NCBI GenBank assembly: GCA_037442745.1 | Contig: JBBIPP010000002.1 | Span: 46,363 to 110,362, forward strand | Length of the DNA stretch: 64,000 bases | Direction: 5' to 3' | From: an archaeon | GTDB lineage: Archaea; SpSt-1190; DYHY01 | Shown here: positions 17,436 to 26,828 of the stretch, piece after piece | Layout of the letters: each line of letters opens with the position of its first letter | How positions within the stretch are numbered: position 1 is the stretch's first letter | The notes under the pieces: generated by a model | Database searches by the model: none | Told to the model about the DNA's origin: nothing | The model's input: only the letters and a program-made list of their open reading frames with translations | Made by a program: the position numbers and the translations under genes

Positions 17436-19391
17436 CTAACGCCTGAACGAGAGGAAGAGTGCGGGGATTGAGAGCGAAGAGAACACAATTGAGAAAAGCG
17501 CAACCGAATTCCTCAAAAAAGATTTTACGGAAAATCCGACGGAGAAGCCCTCTCCCTGCCCGACTTTAAAAGAGACGCGCCCAATAGAATCCTCCCAAGC
17601 CGGGACTGCTTTTCCGTTAACAACAACTTCCACTTCCTCATGGAAGAAATAGGGGAGGGAGACTGAGCTCGAATTCGGGCAGATTCCCCGGGCATGCGCA
17701 ACGCCCAAGCCCCCAGAAAACAAACATCCGGAAAATTGGCTGTCGTTCCTCGAGAACTGGAGTTCATGCGCGCGGATTGCCCCGAACTCCCCGACAACCC
17801 GTCCCGGGGAATTTTCGGAGGAAAACACTCTCCGAACAATATACCTTTTTCTTGACAGGTCCTTTGATTCCTCTGACTCGGAAAAGGGGGAGGGTTGGAG
17901 AATCCCCCCGAACTCCCCTCCCGAAATCCAGGAGAAAACCCCGGAGAAATATCCTCCGGAATACTCGTCAACAATGTCAATTTCGCTTTTCTCCATTGTT
18001 CCGAGGGGATTTTCCCTCCCCCAAAGCGAAGCTTCAAAGCCTTCTCCAGAGAGCGTCCCCGAAAGAAGGGGCGAAGGAAGAAGTTCCCCGTGCCGGGAAG
18101 CTTCATATCCGAAGAAAGACTCGAAGTGTTCCCTGTCCCCGGAAAAAGCCCCATAGGAGAGGGAAACAAAGGAAACTGCCGAAATAGCCAAAAGGGCAAT
18201 TGCGAGTTTTCCTTTTAGGGACGAGCGAATACAACGGAAATCCGCAACATTTCCGGAGAAAGTAGAGAGAATTGCGAGGAAGAAGAAGGAAACGAAATGG
18301 CCAAAGAGCAGGACAGCGACTGCCCTTGGCGGGAAAACGCTTGCTGGGATTGATGCTACAATTACCGCAAAAGCAGAGAGAAGCGCAGCTGAGAGAAGGA
18401 GCCGCCTTTTCCCGCCATCCTTTTCAACGAAGGCACCCGCGAGAGAGAGGAAAACCAAGATTGGCGCCAAATTAACAACCTCGTATGCAAATCGCCAATA
18501 ATCAAGCTCCCTTCCAAGGCTGTTTGAAATTCCGCCAATTACCGAAGGAATGTCCGAGACAGTTGCCGCAAGGTGAATCTGCAGGCTCCCGAACAGGATT
18601 GCCGGGGTTGAAAAGAGGGCAAGAGGAGCAATTTCCCCGAATTTCCCCGAGAGCGCAAGGTATGCTAAAGAGACAAAGCCGACGCACAAGAATATCCCCT
18701 GATGAAAGAAAAAAACCGCTCCCAAGAGGAGAGGGGATTTCCAGGAGAGCCACCTGCCGGAAAGGAGGAGAGAGAAAAATCCCAGTGCAACGGCAGTCCC
18801 TATATAGACCTGAATGTTTCCGTGAGCGAAATAGCTGTTCCCCCCGAGGAAAATCCAGGAAAGGGCGGACAATGCGCCCGCCCGCCCCCTTCCGGAGAAT
18901 CCAAAAATTGAGAAGGGGAGCGCGAGGAAAACAAGGAACGCCCAGACTCTCCAAGAAAAGGGGGCGTTACCGAGGGAAAATGAGAGCGCTGCCGGAAGAT
19001 AGCTAGCCCCCGGGCCGACGCCCGCGCTCGGAACATATCCGGCGAATGGTTCGGGGAAGCTCAAAAAAACCCCTTCGGAAATTGCCGTCCGGGCAGTCTC
19101 ATATTTGTAAAAATTCATTGGCCACTCGGAGAAAACGGGCGGTGCAGAGAGGAAGTTTCCGGAGAAAAGTCCGCAAGCAATGCAGAAAGAGAGGGAGGCC
19201 GAAAAAATCCACACACCCCTCCAAGAGTCGCGTTTCGCGAGAATCCCGAAAATTGAGGAGAGTATGAAGAGTGCGAGGGGGAGAGAGAACTGCCCGGGAA
19301 AGATGCTTTTTAGGGAAAGCAAAGAGAGGACTCCTGCAAGGAGGAGCAAGCCGGCGAATTTCTGGGCGCCCACTTCATTACTAGTACGCAT
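17436..19391 (-). CDS. Polytopic membrane protein, GT-C/YfhO-like architecture
   Basis: Many hydrophobic segments, a soluble C-terminal domain with LPYFFH..V.VNGK, and a terminal TM. ATG at 19391 overlaps the upstream stop region. Confidence 0.6.
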   Translation of the reverse strand: MRTSNEVGAQKFAGLLLLAGVLSLLSLKSIFPGQFSLPLALFILSSIFGILAKRDSWRGVWIFSASLSFCIACGLFSGNFLSAPPVFSEWPMNFYKYETARTAISEGVFLSFPEPFAGYVPSAGVGPGASYLPAALSFSLGNAPFSWRVWAFLVFLALPFSIFGFSGRGRAGALSALSWIFLGGNSYFAHGNIQVYIGTAVALGFFSLLLSGRWLSWKSPLLLGAVFFFHQGIFLCVGFVSLAYLALSGKFGEIAPLALFSTPAILFGSLQIHLAATVSDIPSVIGGISNSLGRELDYWRFAYEVVNLAPILVFLSLAGAFVEKDGGKRRLLLSAALLSAFAVIVASIPASVFPPRAVAVLLFGHFVSFFFLAILSTFSGNVADFRCIRSSLKGKLAIALLAISAVSFVSLSYGAFSGDREHFESFFGYEASRHGELLPSPLLSGTLSGEGFEASLWGRENPLGTMEKSEIDIVDEYSGGYFSGVFSWISGGEFGGILQPSPFSESEESKDLSRKRYIVRRVFSSENSPGRVVGEFGAIRAHELQFSRNDSQFSGCLFSGGLGVAHARGICPNSSSVSLPYFFHEEVEVVVNGKAVPAWEDSIGRVSFKVGQGEGFSVGFSVKSFLRNSVALFSIVFSSLSIPALFLSFRR

Positions 19392-20826
19392 AAGCCGCGT
19401 CAAAAGTCGAAAGCCGGCCCTTCGACGAGTCGCTCTCGTATTTGACAAAATCTATTACGTTCGCGTGGACAGAATAATCAATGTTCATTCTGTATGATGG
19501 ATCTGCAATATGGAGCTGAAAGAGGTTCTTTTTCCTCCAAGTCCTATTAACGAGCCTTATTTTGTCAAAGCCTGAGAAGAGAAGGCTTCCGAAAAGCGAA
19601 AGCTTTCTAAGTGTCACAATTCTCGGAAGGGCGACTGCCAGGCGCGCGACAGTCAGGGCGGGGTTCCCCTTTACAAGCGAGCTCTTCAGCACCCTTGTCG
19701 CCTTCTTCATTTCCGAAAACGAGAAATAGGACGAATAGTTTCCGCGTCTGTCAATATGCAGGATATTCGTATATCCCCGCCCCCATCCGAACTTGTAGGC
19801 GGCCTTTTCGCCGAAAAGCTCAAGAAAAATGTCGAAAATTGCCTTCCTCATTTCCATGAAAGCGACAAAATCCTCCTTCCTGATTTTCCCGCCCGTCTGG
19901 GCCTCGAGAAGGTTCAGTATGTCTGACGGAGTTATTGCCTTTTTCGGGGAAATTGCAACCCTCCCTATCGGGGCAAGAGGCCTGAATATTAGCTGGGGAA
20001 TTGCATCCCTATTCTTAATTGAAAAATCAAGCATTGCCCCAAGTTCGCCTTCGTTATATCCGGAAACAACTGTCGGGGAAAGGACAATTGTTATCCCGGC
20101 GTTCTTCAGGTTCCGGATTGCCCTCAACTTTTCGGAGAGGAGGCGTTCGCCTTTTGTTTCCTCATAAACCCAGTCGTTGAAGCTATCAAAGGACAGCTGG
20201 ACGCAATCAAGGCCCGCCTCCTTCAGCTCCCGCACGAAGTTTTTGTCGTTTGCAAGGCGCTTTCCGTTCGAATAGACGTTCGTATAGTTGCCGTGCCTTT
20301 TCGCCACCCAGACAATTTCCGGCAGGTCGTCCCGGACAGTCGGCTCGCCCCCGGAAACAAGTATCTCTTTTCCGGCAATCCCAAATTCGGAAAGGAGCTC
20401 GTTGAGAATTTTCGGAGTGAATTCAATACGTTTCAGGCCTCCGTGTTCCCGCCCCATTTGCCACTTTGACAGGCACACCTGGCATTTGGCGTTGCATTTC
20501 GGCGTTAGGAAAACCTTGAAGAGCTGGGTCCTCAGATTCTTCATTTTGGAAATGGAGAGTGGCAGAGGGTCCACACGCGGGAGAAAAAGCCCGGCAGTTT
20601 CCCTGAAGAATTGGGAATCATTCTCCCTGAGAATGACGTTTCCTTTCCTGTCGCAGCAGGGGTTTTTTCTCATATAAACACGCCCGCCAGTTTCGAAAAC
20701 CTCCGCCCCGACAATCTTTCTGCAGGAGGTGCACATGCTTTTGGTTTTGTAGAGGAGAGCCTCGCCTGCCTGACTGGTTTTGGCTGAATCGAACAGTTCT
20801 ACAACTTTCTTGTTAAGATACGCCAT
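19381..20826 (-). CDS. Radical SAM protein of the COG1964 (Tes/MJ0619-like) type, divergent
   Basis: N-terminal TKSMCTSC...GRVYMRKNPCC metal-binding module; CNAKCQVC; SGGEPTVRDDL; LSFDSF. Confidence 0.75.
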   Translation of the reverse strand: MAYLNKKVVELFDSAKTSQAGEALLYKTKSMCTSCRKIVGAEVFETGGRVYMRKNPCCDRKGNVILRENDSQFFRETAGLFLPRVDPLPLSISKMKNLRTQLFKVFLTPKCNAKCQVCLSKWQMGREHGGLKRIEFTPKILNELLSEFGIAGKEILVSGGEPTVRDDLPEIVWVAKRHGNYTNVYSNGKRLANDKNFVRELKEAGLDCVQLSFDSFNDWVYEETKGERLLSEKLRAIRNLKNAGITIVLSPTVVSGYNEGELGAMLDFSIKNRDAIPQLIFRPLAPIGRVAISPKKAITPSDILNLLEAQTGGKIRKEDFVAFMEMRKAIFDIFLELFGEKAAYKFGWGRGYTNILHIDRRGNYSSYFSFSEMKKATRVLKSSLVKGNPALTVARLAVALPRIVTLRKLSLFGSLLFSGFDKIRLVNRTWRKKNLFQLHIADPSYRMNIDYSVHANVIDFVKYESDSSKGRLSTFDAAYAY

Positions 20827-20876
20827 TCTTCTGGGAAAATTGGCGCGTTTAAATTATTTTCCCGAAAAAGGCGGAA

Positions 20877-22343
20877 TTAGCCGGATTCCTCCGGAAGGAA
20901 TTGAACATCCCTTGGAAGGAAGGGTTTGAAACTCTCCTGACTGGCCACGCGCGTCTTGATTTTCGAGAAAAGTCCAGGGAGCTCCTTTTCCCCAATCCCC
21001 AAAACAGGTTCGGAGAGCTTGCCAGTTTCCCAGTCTATTTCCCGCAATACAAGGAAAGTTTCCCCGGATTTGACTGAAACCCACCTTTCCTCCAAAAAAT
21101 ACTTTCCATCAGTCGCACATGTCAAAATCGAGCTGTTCAGGGAATACCTTACGGACTGGTTCAATTCAGAGAAGAAATTCTTTTCCCATTGAATGTCCTC
21201 AAAATCCACAAAGGGAGCCTCCATTACAGCAAATCCATCCCCCGAAAGTAAGGTCTCCTCAGTGTCCCGGGAGCCTAAAACCGAATATTCGACAGTTGCG
21301 CTGAGATCCTTTAGCTCAACCGGGAGGGGATAAACTGTCCCGCCAATTTCCGGATGCCAGATAATCAAAGGTATTCTGAACGCCCTGAACTCGTATTCGT
21401 GCCCGAACGTCCCTTCCTCTCCGAGCGCTTCCCCATGATAGCTAGTGAAAACAACCAGAGTGTTGTTGGAGAGGCCCGAATTTTCAATGAAAGAGAGGAT
21501 TCGTCCGATTTCCCTGTCAAGATGGAGGAGCTTGTCGTCATATCTCGCCGCGAGATATTCAATGTCATCGGAATTTACCGGGAACGATAAATTCATTTCA
21601 TCGAAATATGCAACGCCTCTCTCGAGCCTGAAGAGCCCTTCGAGGGACTTGTTCGAAAGGGCTCCTGAATAGGGCAATTCTCCGAACACTTTCTCAACAT
21701 AATTGAACTCATAGGGCCTATGAAGGAACCCTGTCTCAAAAAATGCTAGGAAGGGCGCATTTGCATCCTTTAGCTTTCCGAGGGAGAGGATGAACGAATC
21801 AACCTGGGCGGGAAGAATGTCCTTATCCCGCGAAAGATACTTGAAATACTCCTCCCTTCCTGCGCCCCGGACAAACCCCCTATTGTCAGTAACCGAGGAA
21901 GGGAGAAGCCCGTTAGTTGAAATAAACGTCGAATATCCAGAATCCGAAAAAAGCTCGAAAATGGTTGTTTCGACCGGGGGAACTTCACTTTCAAACCCGA
22001 AGACAACGAACGAGCCGTGCTCAGAGAGCCGTTTTCCTGAGAGAACCGATACTGAAGAGTCAAATGTGCTTATTGCTGGGGAGAACGCTTTTGTGAATAC
22101 AATTGACTTGTCCGCAAACAAGTCGAGATTTGGGGTTGTGTTCCTCCCACTCCCCCCAAATCCAGCCCTTGTCGGAGAAAAGACATCGGCAGTTATTATT
22201 ATAACATTACATCCAGGACAGCGGAAACGCTCCTGCAGACTCACAAGACCAGCTGCCCTTTCAGAGGCAGGGATTGAAGAAAAAACCAGCGCGATGAGTA
22301 CCAAAGAGGAAAATGCAATTGCGAAAGTTTTCCTAGCAGTCAT
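20877..22343 (-). CDS. Membrane-anchored sulfatase/alkaline-phosphatase superfamily protein
   Basis: N-terminal TM; CPGCNVIIITAD, TTPNLDLFA, H.PY, YDD...D.EIG, NTLVVFTSYHGE, GH..., RIPLII. ATG at 22343 overlaps the trm1 stop. Confidence 0.85.
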   Translation of the reverse strand: MTARKTFAIAFSSLVLIALVFSSIPASERAAGLVSLQERFRCPGCNVIIITADVFSPTRAGFGGSGRNTTPNLDLFADKSIVFTKAFSPAISTFDSSVSVLSGKRLSEHGSFVVFGFESEVPPVETTIFELFSDSGYSTFISTNGLLPSSVTDNRGFVRGAGREEYFKYLSRDKDILPAQVDSFILSLGKLKDANAPFLAFFETGFLHRPYEFNYVEKVFGELPYSGALSNKSLEGLFRLERGVAYFDEMNLSFPVNSDDIEYLAARYDDKLLHLDREIGRILSFIENSGLSNNTLVVFTSYHGEALGEEGTFGHEYEFRAFRIPLIIWHPEIGGTVYPLPVELKDLSATVEYSVLGSRDTEETLLSGDGFAVMEAPFVDFEDIQWEKNFFSELNQSVRYSLNSSILTCATDGKYFLEERWVSVKSGETFLVLREIDWETGKLSEPVLGIGEKELPGLFSKIKTRVASQESFKPFLPRDVQFLPEESG

Positions 22344-23497
22344 TCCTCCAAGTTTCCTCCACGAAGGCACCGGACAACTGTCCGGAAATCGGCATCAGTC
22401 CTAAAGCCGGTTTCCGAAAAGTGCGTTCTTTCTGCTAGCTTCCCCTCCCTGCGGAGCCTAGAGAGGAATTTCTCAAGATTCTCCGGACCGAATCCCCTAT
22501 AGCTTGAAAGGGCGTGGTGGTCGTAGTGGAATCCCGGAAGCCGGGATTCCTTTGATATTTTGGAAAGAAGGCTTGCCGCTCCCAAAAAGCCCCTCTTCTC
22601 CGCCTGCGAAAGAGCCTCCTCACAAACGGATGAATCAAAAAGATGGCCGACATAGAGGGGGCCTATTTCCTTCATCCCGCCAGTTCCGCAAAAAGGGCAC
22701 TTTTCAGGGGAGCCCCCCGCAGTTTCAGACCTGAAAGTGCACTCTGGGCACCATGAGAGAAAGCCAACCTGCGAGAGCGAATTGTCCGTTCGTGAGGCTC
22801 CCCTCTTTTTCTCGAAATAAACGCGGTAGTAGTGGTTCGAGGAGTGGCAGACAAGGGGCCTCAGGGCGCACTCGTATTTCGCGGCCATCCTCACTGCGAA
22901 TCCTACAAGGACGCGGATTCCGATCTCGTGATAGAACTCTGTCTTGACAGTTCTTGAGAGATATTTCCTGAATGAGACTCTCGGATAGACTCCGCATAGG
23001 GAGGCAGGGTCGGTGGCAGTTATTGCTAGGAACTTGCCTGCGGACTGCGCTGCCAGGTCGAGGAAAGGGGCCGGCGAACCAAACGGGTCAATGTCGACAG
23101 CATCCCAGAATCTCTTCGACAGGAGGGCGTTTGCATTCTCGCAGACAACCTCGACAGATATTCCTCCCGAAGACCGCTCCTCAACAAGGAGGCCGTTTAG
23201 CCTGGCGTTCCTCCTTGTTGAATCGCACGCCAGCTTGTTTCTGTCCCCGCATGTGACCGCGACTCCAACAACCTCCTTTGCAATTCTTATCCCCCGAGCG
23301 CCAGTCCCGGAGAAGGGATCGCAAAAAGTACTCGGTCCAAGAGCCGAATAAACGCAAATTGAGAAATCCCGGGAGAGGGACTGGACTGGATTGTAAAATA
23401 CTCCCCCTTTCATTGGTGATGATACGTTCGGGACAACTAGCCGGGTAGCTCCCTCGAGAATTTCCTTTTCCCCGAAAACACCCCCTTCCTCAGCCAA
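22340..23497 (-). CDS. trm1: tRNA (guanine26-N2)-dimethyltransferase
   Basis: VFYNP...RD, SGTGARGIR, DIDPFGSP, TATD...LCG, Zn-finger CPEC..CPFC, RTHF. Confidence 0.95.
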   Translation of the reverse strand: MAEEGGVFGEKEILEGATRLVVPNVSSPMKGGVFYNPVQSLSRDFSICVYSALGPSTFCDPFSGTGARGIRIAKEVVGVAVTCGDRNKLACDSTRRNARLNGLLVEERSSGGISVEVVCENANALLSKRFWDAVDIDPFGSPAPFLDLAAQSAGKFLAITATDPASLCGVYPRVSFRKYLSRTVKTEFYHEIGIRVLVGFAVRMAAKYECALRPLVCHSSNHYYRVYFEKKRGASRTDNSLSQVGFLSWCPECTFRSETAGGSPEKCPFCGTGGMKEIGPLYVGHLFDSSVCEEALSQAEKRGFLGAASLLSKISKESRLPGFHYDHHALSSYRGFGPENLEKFLSRLRREGKLAERTHFSETGFRTDADFRTVVRCLRGGNLEE

Positions 23498-23954
23498 GGA
23501 TTCGTCCGACCCCCTTCGGGACGAGCCTCTTCCAGGGGAGCCCCATTTTCATCCTTTTGCGCAGAATTGTGCCGGAATATTCCTTCCTTTTGAAGAACTT
23601 GTTCCTGAATACCGAAAATCCGGCCCCCCTGAAAAGCTTTCTGACAAGTAGGTTTCCGGAGACTGCGTAATCGAAATATCCGGATTTCCCGAGGAGAATT
23701 ATTAGCCATTTCCGGTCATTACTAACATCCGGGACAGGAAAAACGGAAAAATTACATAGCCCTGAAGAGCCAAGCAAGCGGACCATTTCAGCCCTTTTCC
23801 AATATGTGTAGGGGTTCTTTCCGGTTCCGGCCCTGTTGCTCGAGCCTATTGCAACTTTGAGGAAATTTTCGCCGTTTCGGGAGAGATTCTTTAGGAGGAA
23901 TTCATGCCCCTTGTGGACGGGCTGGAAACGGCCTATTACTAGGATTGTCGCCAC
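23490..23954 (-). CDS. nadM: Nicotinamide-nucleotide adenylyltransferase
   Basis: IGRFQPVHKGH (HxGH), IGSS, NP.T...R, SGN.LV, YSGT..R, W..LVP. Confidence 0.85.
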   Translation of the reverse strand: MATILVIGRFQPVHKGHEFLLKNLSRNGENFLKVAIGSSNRAGTGKNPYTYWKRAEMVRLLGSSGLCNFSVFPVPDVSNDRKWLIILLGKSGYFDYAVSGNLLVRKLFRGAGFSVFRNKFFKRKEYSGTILRKRMKMGLPWKRLVPKGVGRILG

Positions 23955-24154
23955 GAACAGCCAACTTTGCCCGACAGCGTTTTAAACCTTTCTCAAAATC
24001 GATTTTTCTGGAAAGGCTCGGGTTTTGGCCGGATTGATGCACTCCCCAATATTTTCAGGGAAGTCAGGACGATAAAACTGTTCTGGAATACCAACTGAGC
24101 TAAGCGTGCGACTTGTTTTTAAAGCTCCTTTTCAATTTGGCAGTAATCCGAGAG

Positions 24155-25954
24155 ATGGCAAAGAGAATAGCAATTGTCCGCCTTGAGAAATGCAAGGCGC
24201 CAAAGGACTGCCAGCATCTCTGCATACGGGTCTGCCCTCCTGTCCGCGCAGGGAAGAGCACAATTGTTGAGAACAATGAGACTGGCAAAATAATAATTGA
24301 GGAGGATACCTGCATTGGATGCGGGCTCTGCGTCAAAAAGTGCCCGTTTGACGCAATAACAATAATCAACCTTCCCGAAGCGCTTTCTGAACCCCTCCAC
24401 CGGTTCGGGAGAAACAGCTTTGCCCTCTACGGGAAAACCCTGCCCTATCCGGAAAAAGGCAAGGTTACCGGGTTCCTAGGACCCAACGGATGCGGGAAGA
24501 CAACAGTTGTCTCAATACTTGCAGGGTGGCTTGTCCCAAACTTTGGGGAAGAGGGCGGCCTTGGGGAACTGGACCGCGCAATAAAGAAATTCTCCGGGCA
24601 GGAGATACAAAAGCACTTCAAGTCCCTAAAGGACGGGGGCGCGAAAATATCTGTCAAGCCCCAACAAATAGCAGTCCCCTCAGGGGCGAGGGAAATGACT
24701 GTCATGGAGGCGACCTCTAAAATCGACAGGACTGTTTTCAACGAGTTCAACCTCGCGCCAATTTCAGGACGGAAGCTCTCAGAACTTTCGGGAGGGGAAA
24801 TCCAGAGAATTGCAATTGCGCTTGCATATTCCAAAATAGATGCCGAGATTTATTTTTTCGACGAGCCCTCCTCCTTCCTTGACATAAAAGAGAGGATACG
24901 TTCAGCCAAAAGGCTGCGGGCTCTTGCTGAATCGGGAGAAGGGAAAAAATCTGTCTTCCTAGTGGAACACGATCTGACCTTCCTTGACAGCGCCTCTGAT
25001 AACGTCATATTGTTCTACGGAGAGCCTTCAATATATGGCGTAGTCTCAATCCCGAAAACCCAAAGGGTCGGGATAAACACATATCTCTCCGGATTCTCAA
25101 GGGACGAGAACATACGCTTCCGGGCGGGGGAAATAAAGTTCTCAGAGAGGGCGCCAATAGAGGGGCTGTCGAGCAAAAAGGGAATTGTCCAAGAGTTCTC
25201 GAAAATAGAGAAGAGGATGGCCGGCTTTTCCCTCTCAGTTGAAGGGGGGAAAATACGCAAGGGAGAGGTTGTTGGCGTTGTCGGGGAGAACGGGACAGGG
25301 AAGACAACATTTGTCCGGATTCTTGCCGGGGAACTTGCCCCCGACTCTGGGGAGCTAATGAAAAAGTCCGCAAAGCTCTCCTACAAACCCCAGCAGATAA
25401 CTGTACGGGGGATTTCCGAAGAAACTGTCCACGGATACCTGCTTCCTTCAATTTCAGAGGCTGATGATCTCAATTTCGAAAGCGAGGTCGCAGAGCCTCT
25501 GAACCTGAGAATACTCCTCCAGAAGAAAATGGGCGAGCTTTCGGGAGGAGAGCTCCAGAGAGTGTTTGTTGCCGGAGCAATGATGAAGAAAGCGGAAATA
25601 TATCTCCTGGACGAGCCTTCAGCATTCCTCGACGTTGAGCAGAGATTAGAGATTGCGAAATTCATAAAGAGGATAAACGAAAAGAGAGGGGCCGGCGTCC
25701 TTGTTGTTGACCACGACATACTCTTCATTGACTATCTCTCTGACAGCCTGGTTGTTTTCAAGGGCGAGCCGGCAGTCTCGACAACCGCAGTCGGCCCCCT
25801 TCCAATGAGGGAAGGGATGAACCTGTTCCTCTCTGACCTCTCAGTCACTTTCAGGAGGGACCCAGACTCGAAGAGACCTAGGGCGAACAAGCCAGAGAGC
25901 AGGCTTGACCGGGAGCAAAAGGGGGCCGGGGAGTATTACTACTCGCCAATATAG
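24155..25954 (+). CDS. rli1: Ribosome recycling ATPase ABCE1
   Basis: N-terminal Fe-S domain (CIGCGLCVKKCPF), two ABC domains (GPNGCGKT, GENGTGKT, LSGGE), C-terminal FRRD...RPRANK. ATG at 24155. Confidence 0.97.
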   Translation: MAKRIAIVRLEKCKAPKDCQHLCIRVCPPVRAGKSTIVENNETGKIIIEEDTCIGCGLCVKKCPFDAITIINLPEALSEPLHRFGRNSFALYGKTLPYPEKGKVTGFLGPNGCGKTTVVSILAGWLVPNFGEEGGLGELDRAIKKFSGQEIQKHFKSLKDGGAKISVKPQQIAVPSGAREMTVMEATSKIDRTVFNEFNLAPISGRKLSELSGGEIQRIAIALAYSKIDAEIYFFDEPSSFLDIKERIRSAKRLRALAESGEGKKSVFLVEHDLTFLDSASDNVILFYGEPSIYGVVSIPKTQRVGINTYLSGFSRDENIRFRAGEIKFSERAPIEGLSSKKGIVQEFSKIEKRMAGFSLSVEGGKIRKGEVVGVVGENGTGKTTFVRILAGELAPDSGELMKKSAKLSYKPQQITVRGISEETVHGYLLPSISEADDLNFESEVAEPLNLRILLQKKMGELSGGELQRVFVAGAMMKKAEIYLLDEPSAFLDVEQRLEIAKFIKRINEKRGAGVLVVDHDILFIDYLSDSLVVFKGEPAVSTTAVGPLPMREGMNLFLSDLSVTFRRDPDSKRPRANKPESRLDREQKGAGEYYYSPI

Positions 25955-26027
25955 CCCTCACAATTCCCGGAACATCAGAGCAGTCCGAAAATAAATGTTT
26001 TAAACTTGCCAATAAACATCTCCTGAA

Positions 26028-26822
26028 ATGAGGGCTTCTGAGCTTTTTTTGCCGTTAATTGTTCTTGCATTAAGTCTTTCCGGATGCGTCGTTTCCCTTG
26101 GTGACAGAACGGGCTTTCTGGAAGCGAAGGAACGGCTTTTTTCCGGAGGAATTGGGAACATTACCGAGGCGTATGAGGAGATAATTGCAAACGCCCACAT
26201 TCTTCCGAACGGGACAATGCTTTACAATCAGAAGACATCCTCATTGACTGCCCGCACAGCAGCTTTCCACATAATCAAACTGATAGAACCCCTTTATTCC
26301 TGCGTCTGGCTTGATGAAACCGAGGAAGTGTGCCCACATAATTTCAAGGATTTTTCCGATTTCGAGAGGAGGAAATTCGCGGTTTCCATAGTCCGCAAGC
26401 CGGAGCAGGTCGAAAACTTTGCCGGGACTCCCTTCCTTTCCGTCGGATGGAAAAGGGGGAAAATATTGGATTTCTCCTTTTCGTCCAACCCCGACAGGGA
26501 AACTCTTATGAAAATAGGGGCAAATCCGAAAAATGTATTCAATTACAACGAGTCCCGGAAAGAAATCAATTCTTCAGTGGATTTTGGCGCAAATGAGGAC
26601 GGCTTTTGCGCATATCTCGGAATAATCCCAAGAAGAAGGACCTCTTACATAATTTCTTCCGATCTCCCTCTCTCAAATTTTTCCCTCTCTAGCACAGAAG
26701 GGATCTCTGCTTTTGGGGAGGAAAAGGCTCTGCGCGTTTTATCCGATGCGGGAGACCCGGCTGGCGATCTTCAGGTTGTTGAGGCATGTTTTTCTAGGAA
26801 ACCGAAAACCGAGGAGGACTGA
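26028..26822 (+). CDS. Hypothetical lipoprotein
   Basis: Hydrophobic leader ending in the lipobox-like LSGC. Confidence 0.65.
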   Translation: MRASELFLPLIVLALSLSGCVVSLGDRTGFLEAKERLFSGGIGNITEAYEEIIANAHILPNGTMLYNQKTSSLTARTAAFHIIKLIEPLYSCVWLDETEEVCPHNFKDFSDFERRKFAVSIVRKPEQVENFAGTPFLSVGWKRGKILDFSFSSNPDRETLMKIGANPKNVFNYNESRKEINSSVDFGANEDGFCAYLGIIPRRRTSYIISSDLPLSNFSLSSTEGISAFGEEKALRVLSDAGDPAGDLQVVEACFSRKPKTEED

Positions 26823-26828
26823 AATTCC

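Noticed and set aside
19381-20826. Calling the gene tes (tetraether synthase)
   Set aside because: C-terminal cluster-binding cysteines are absent; family-level similarity only.
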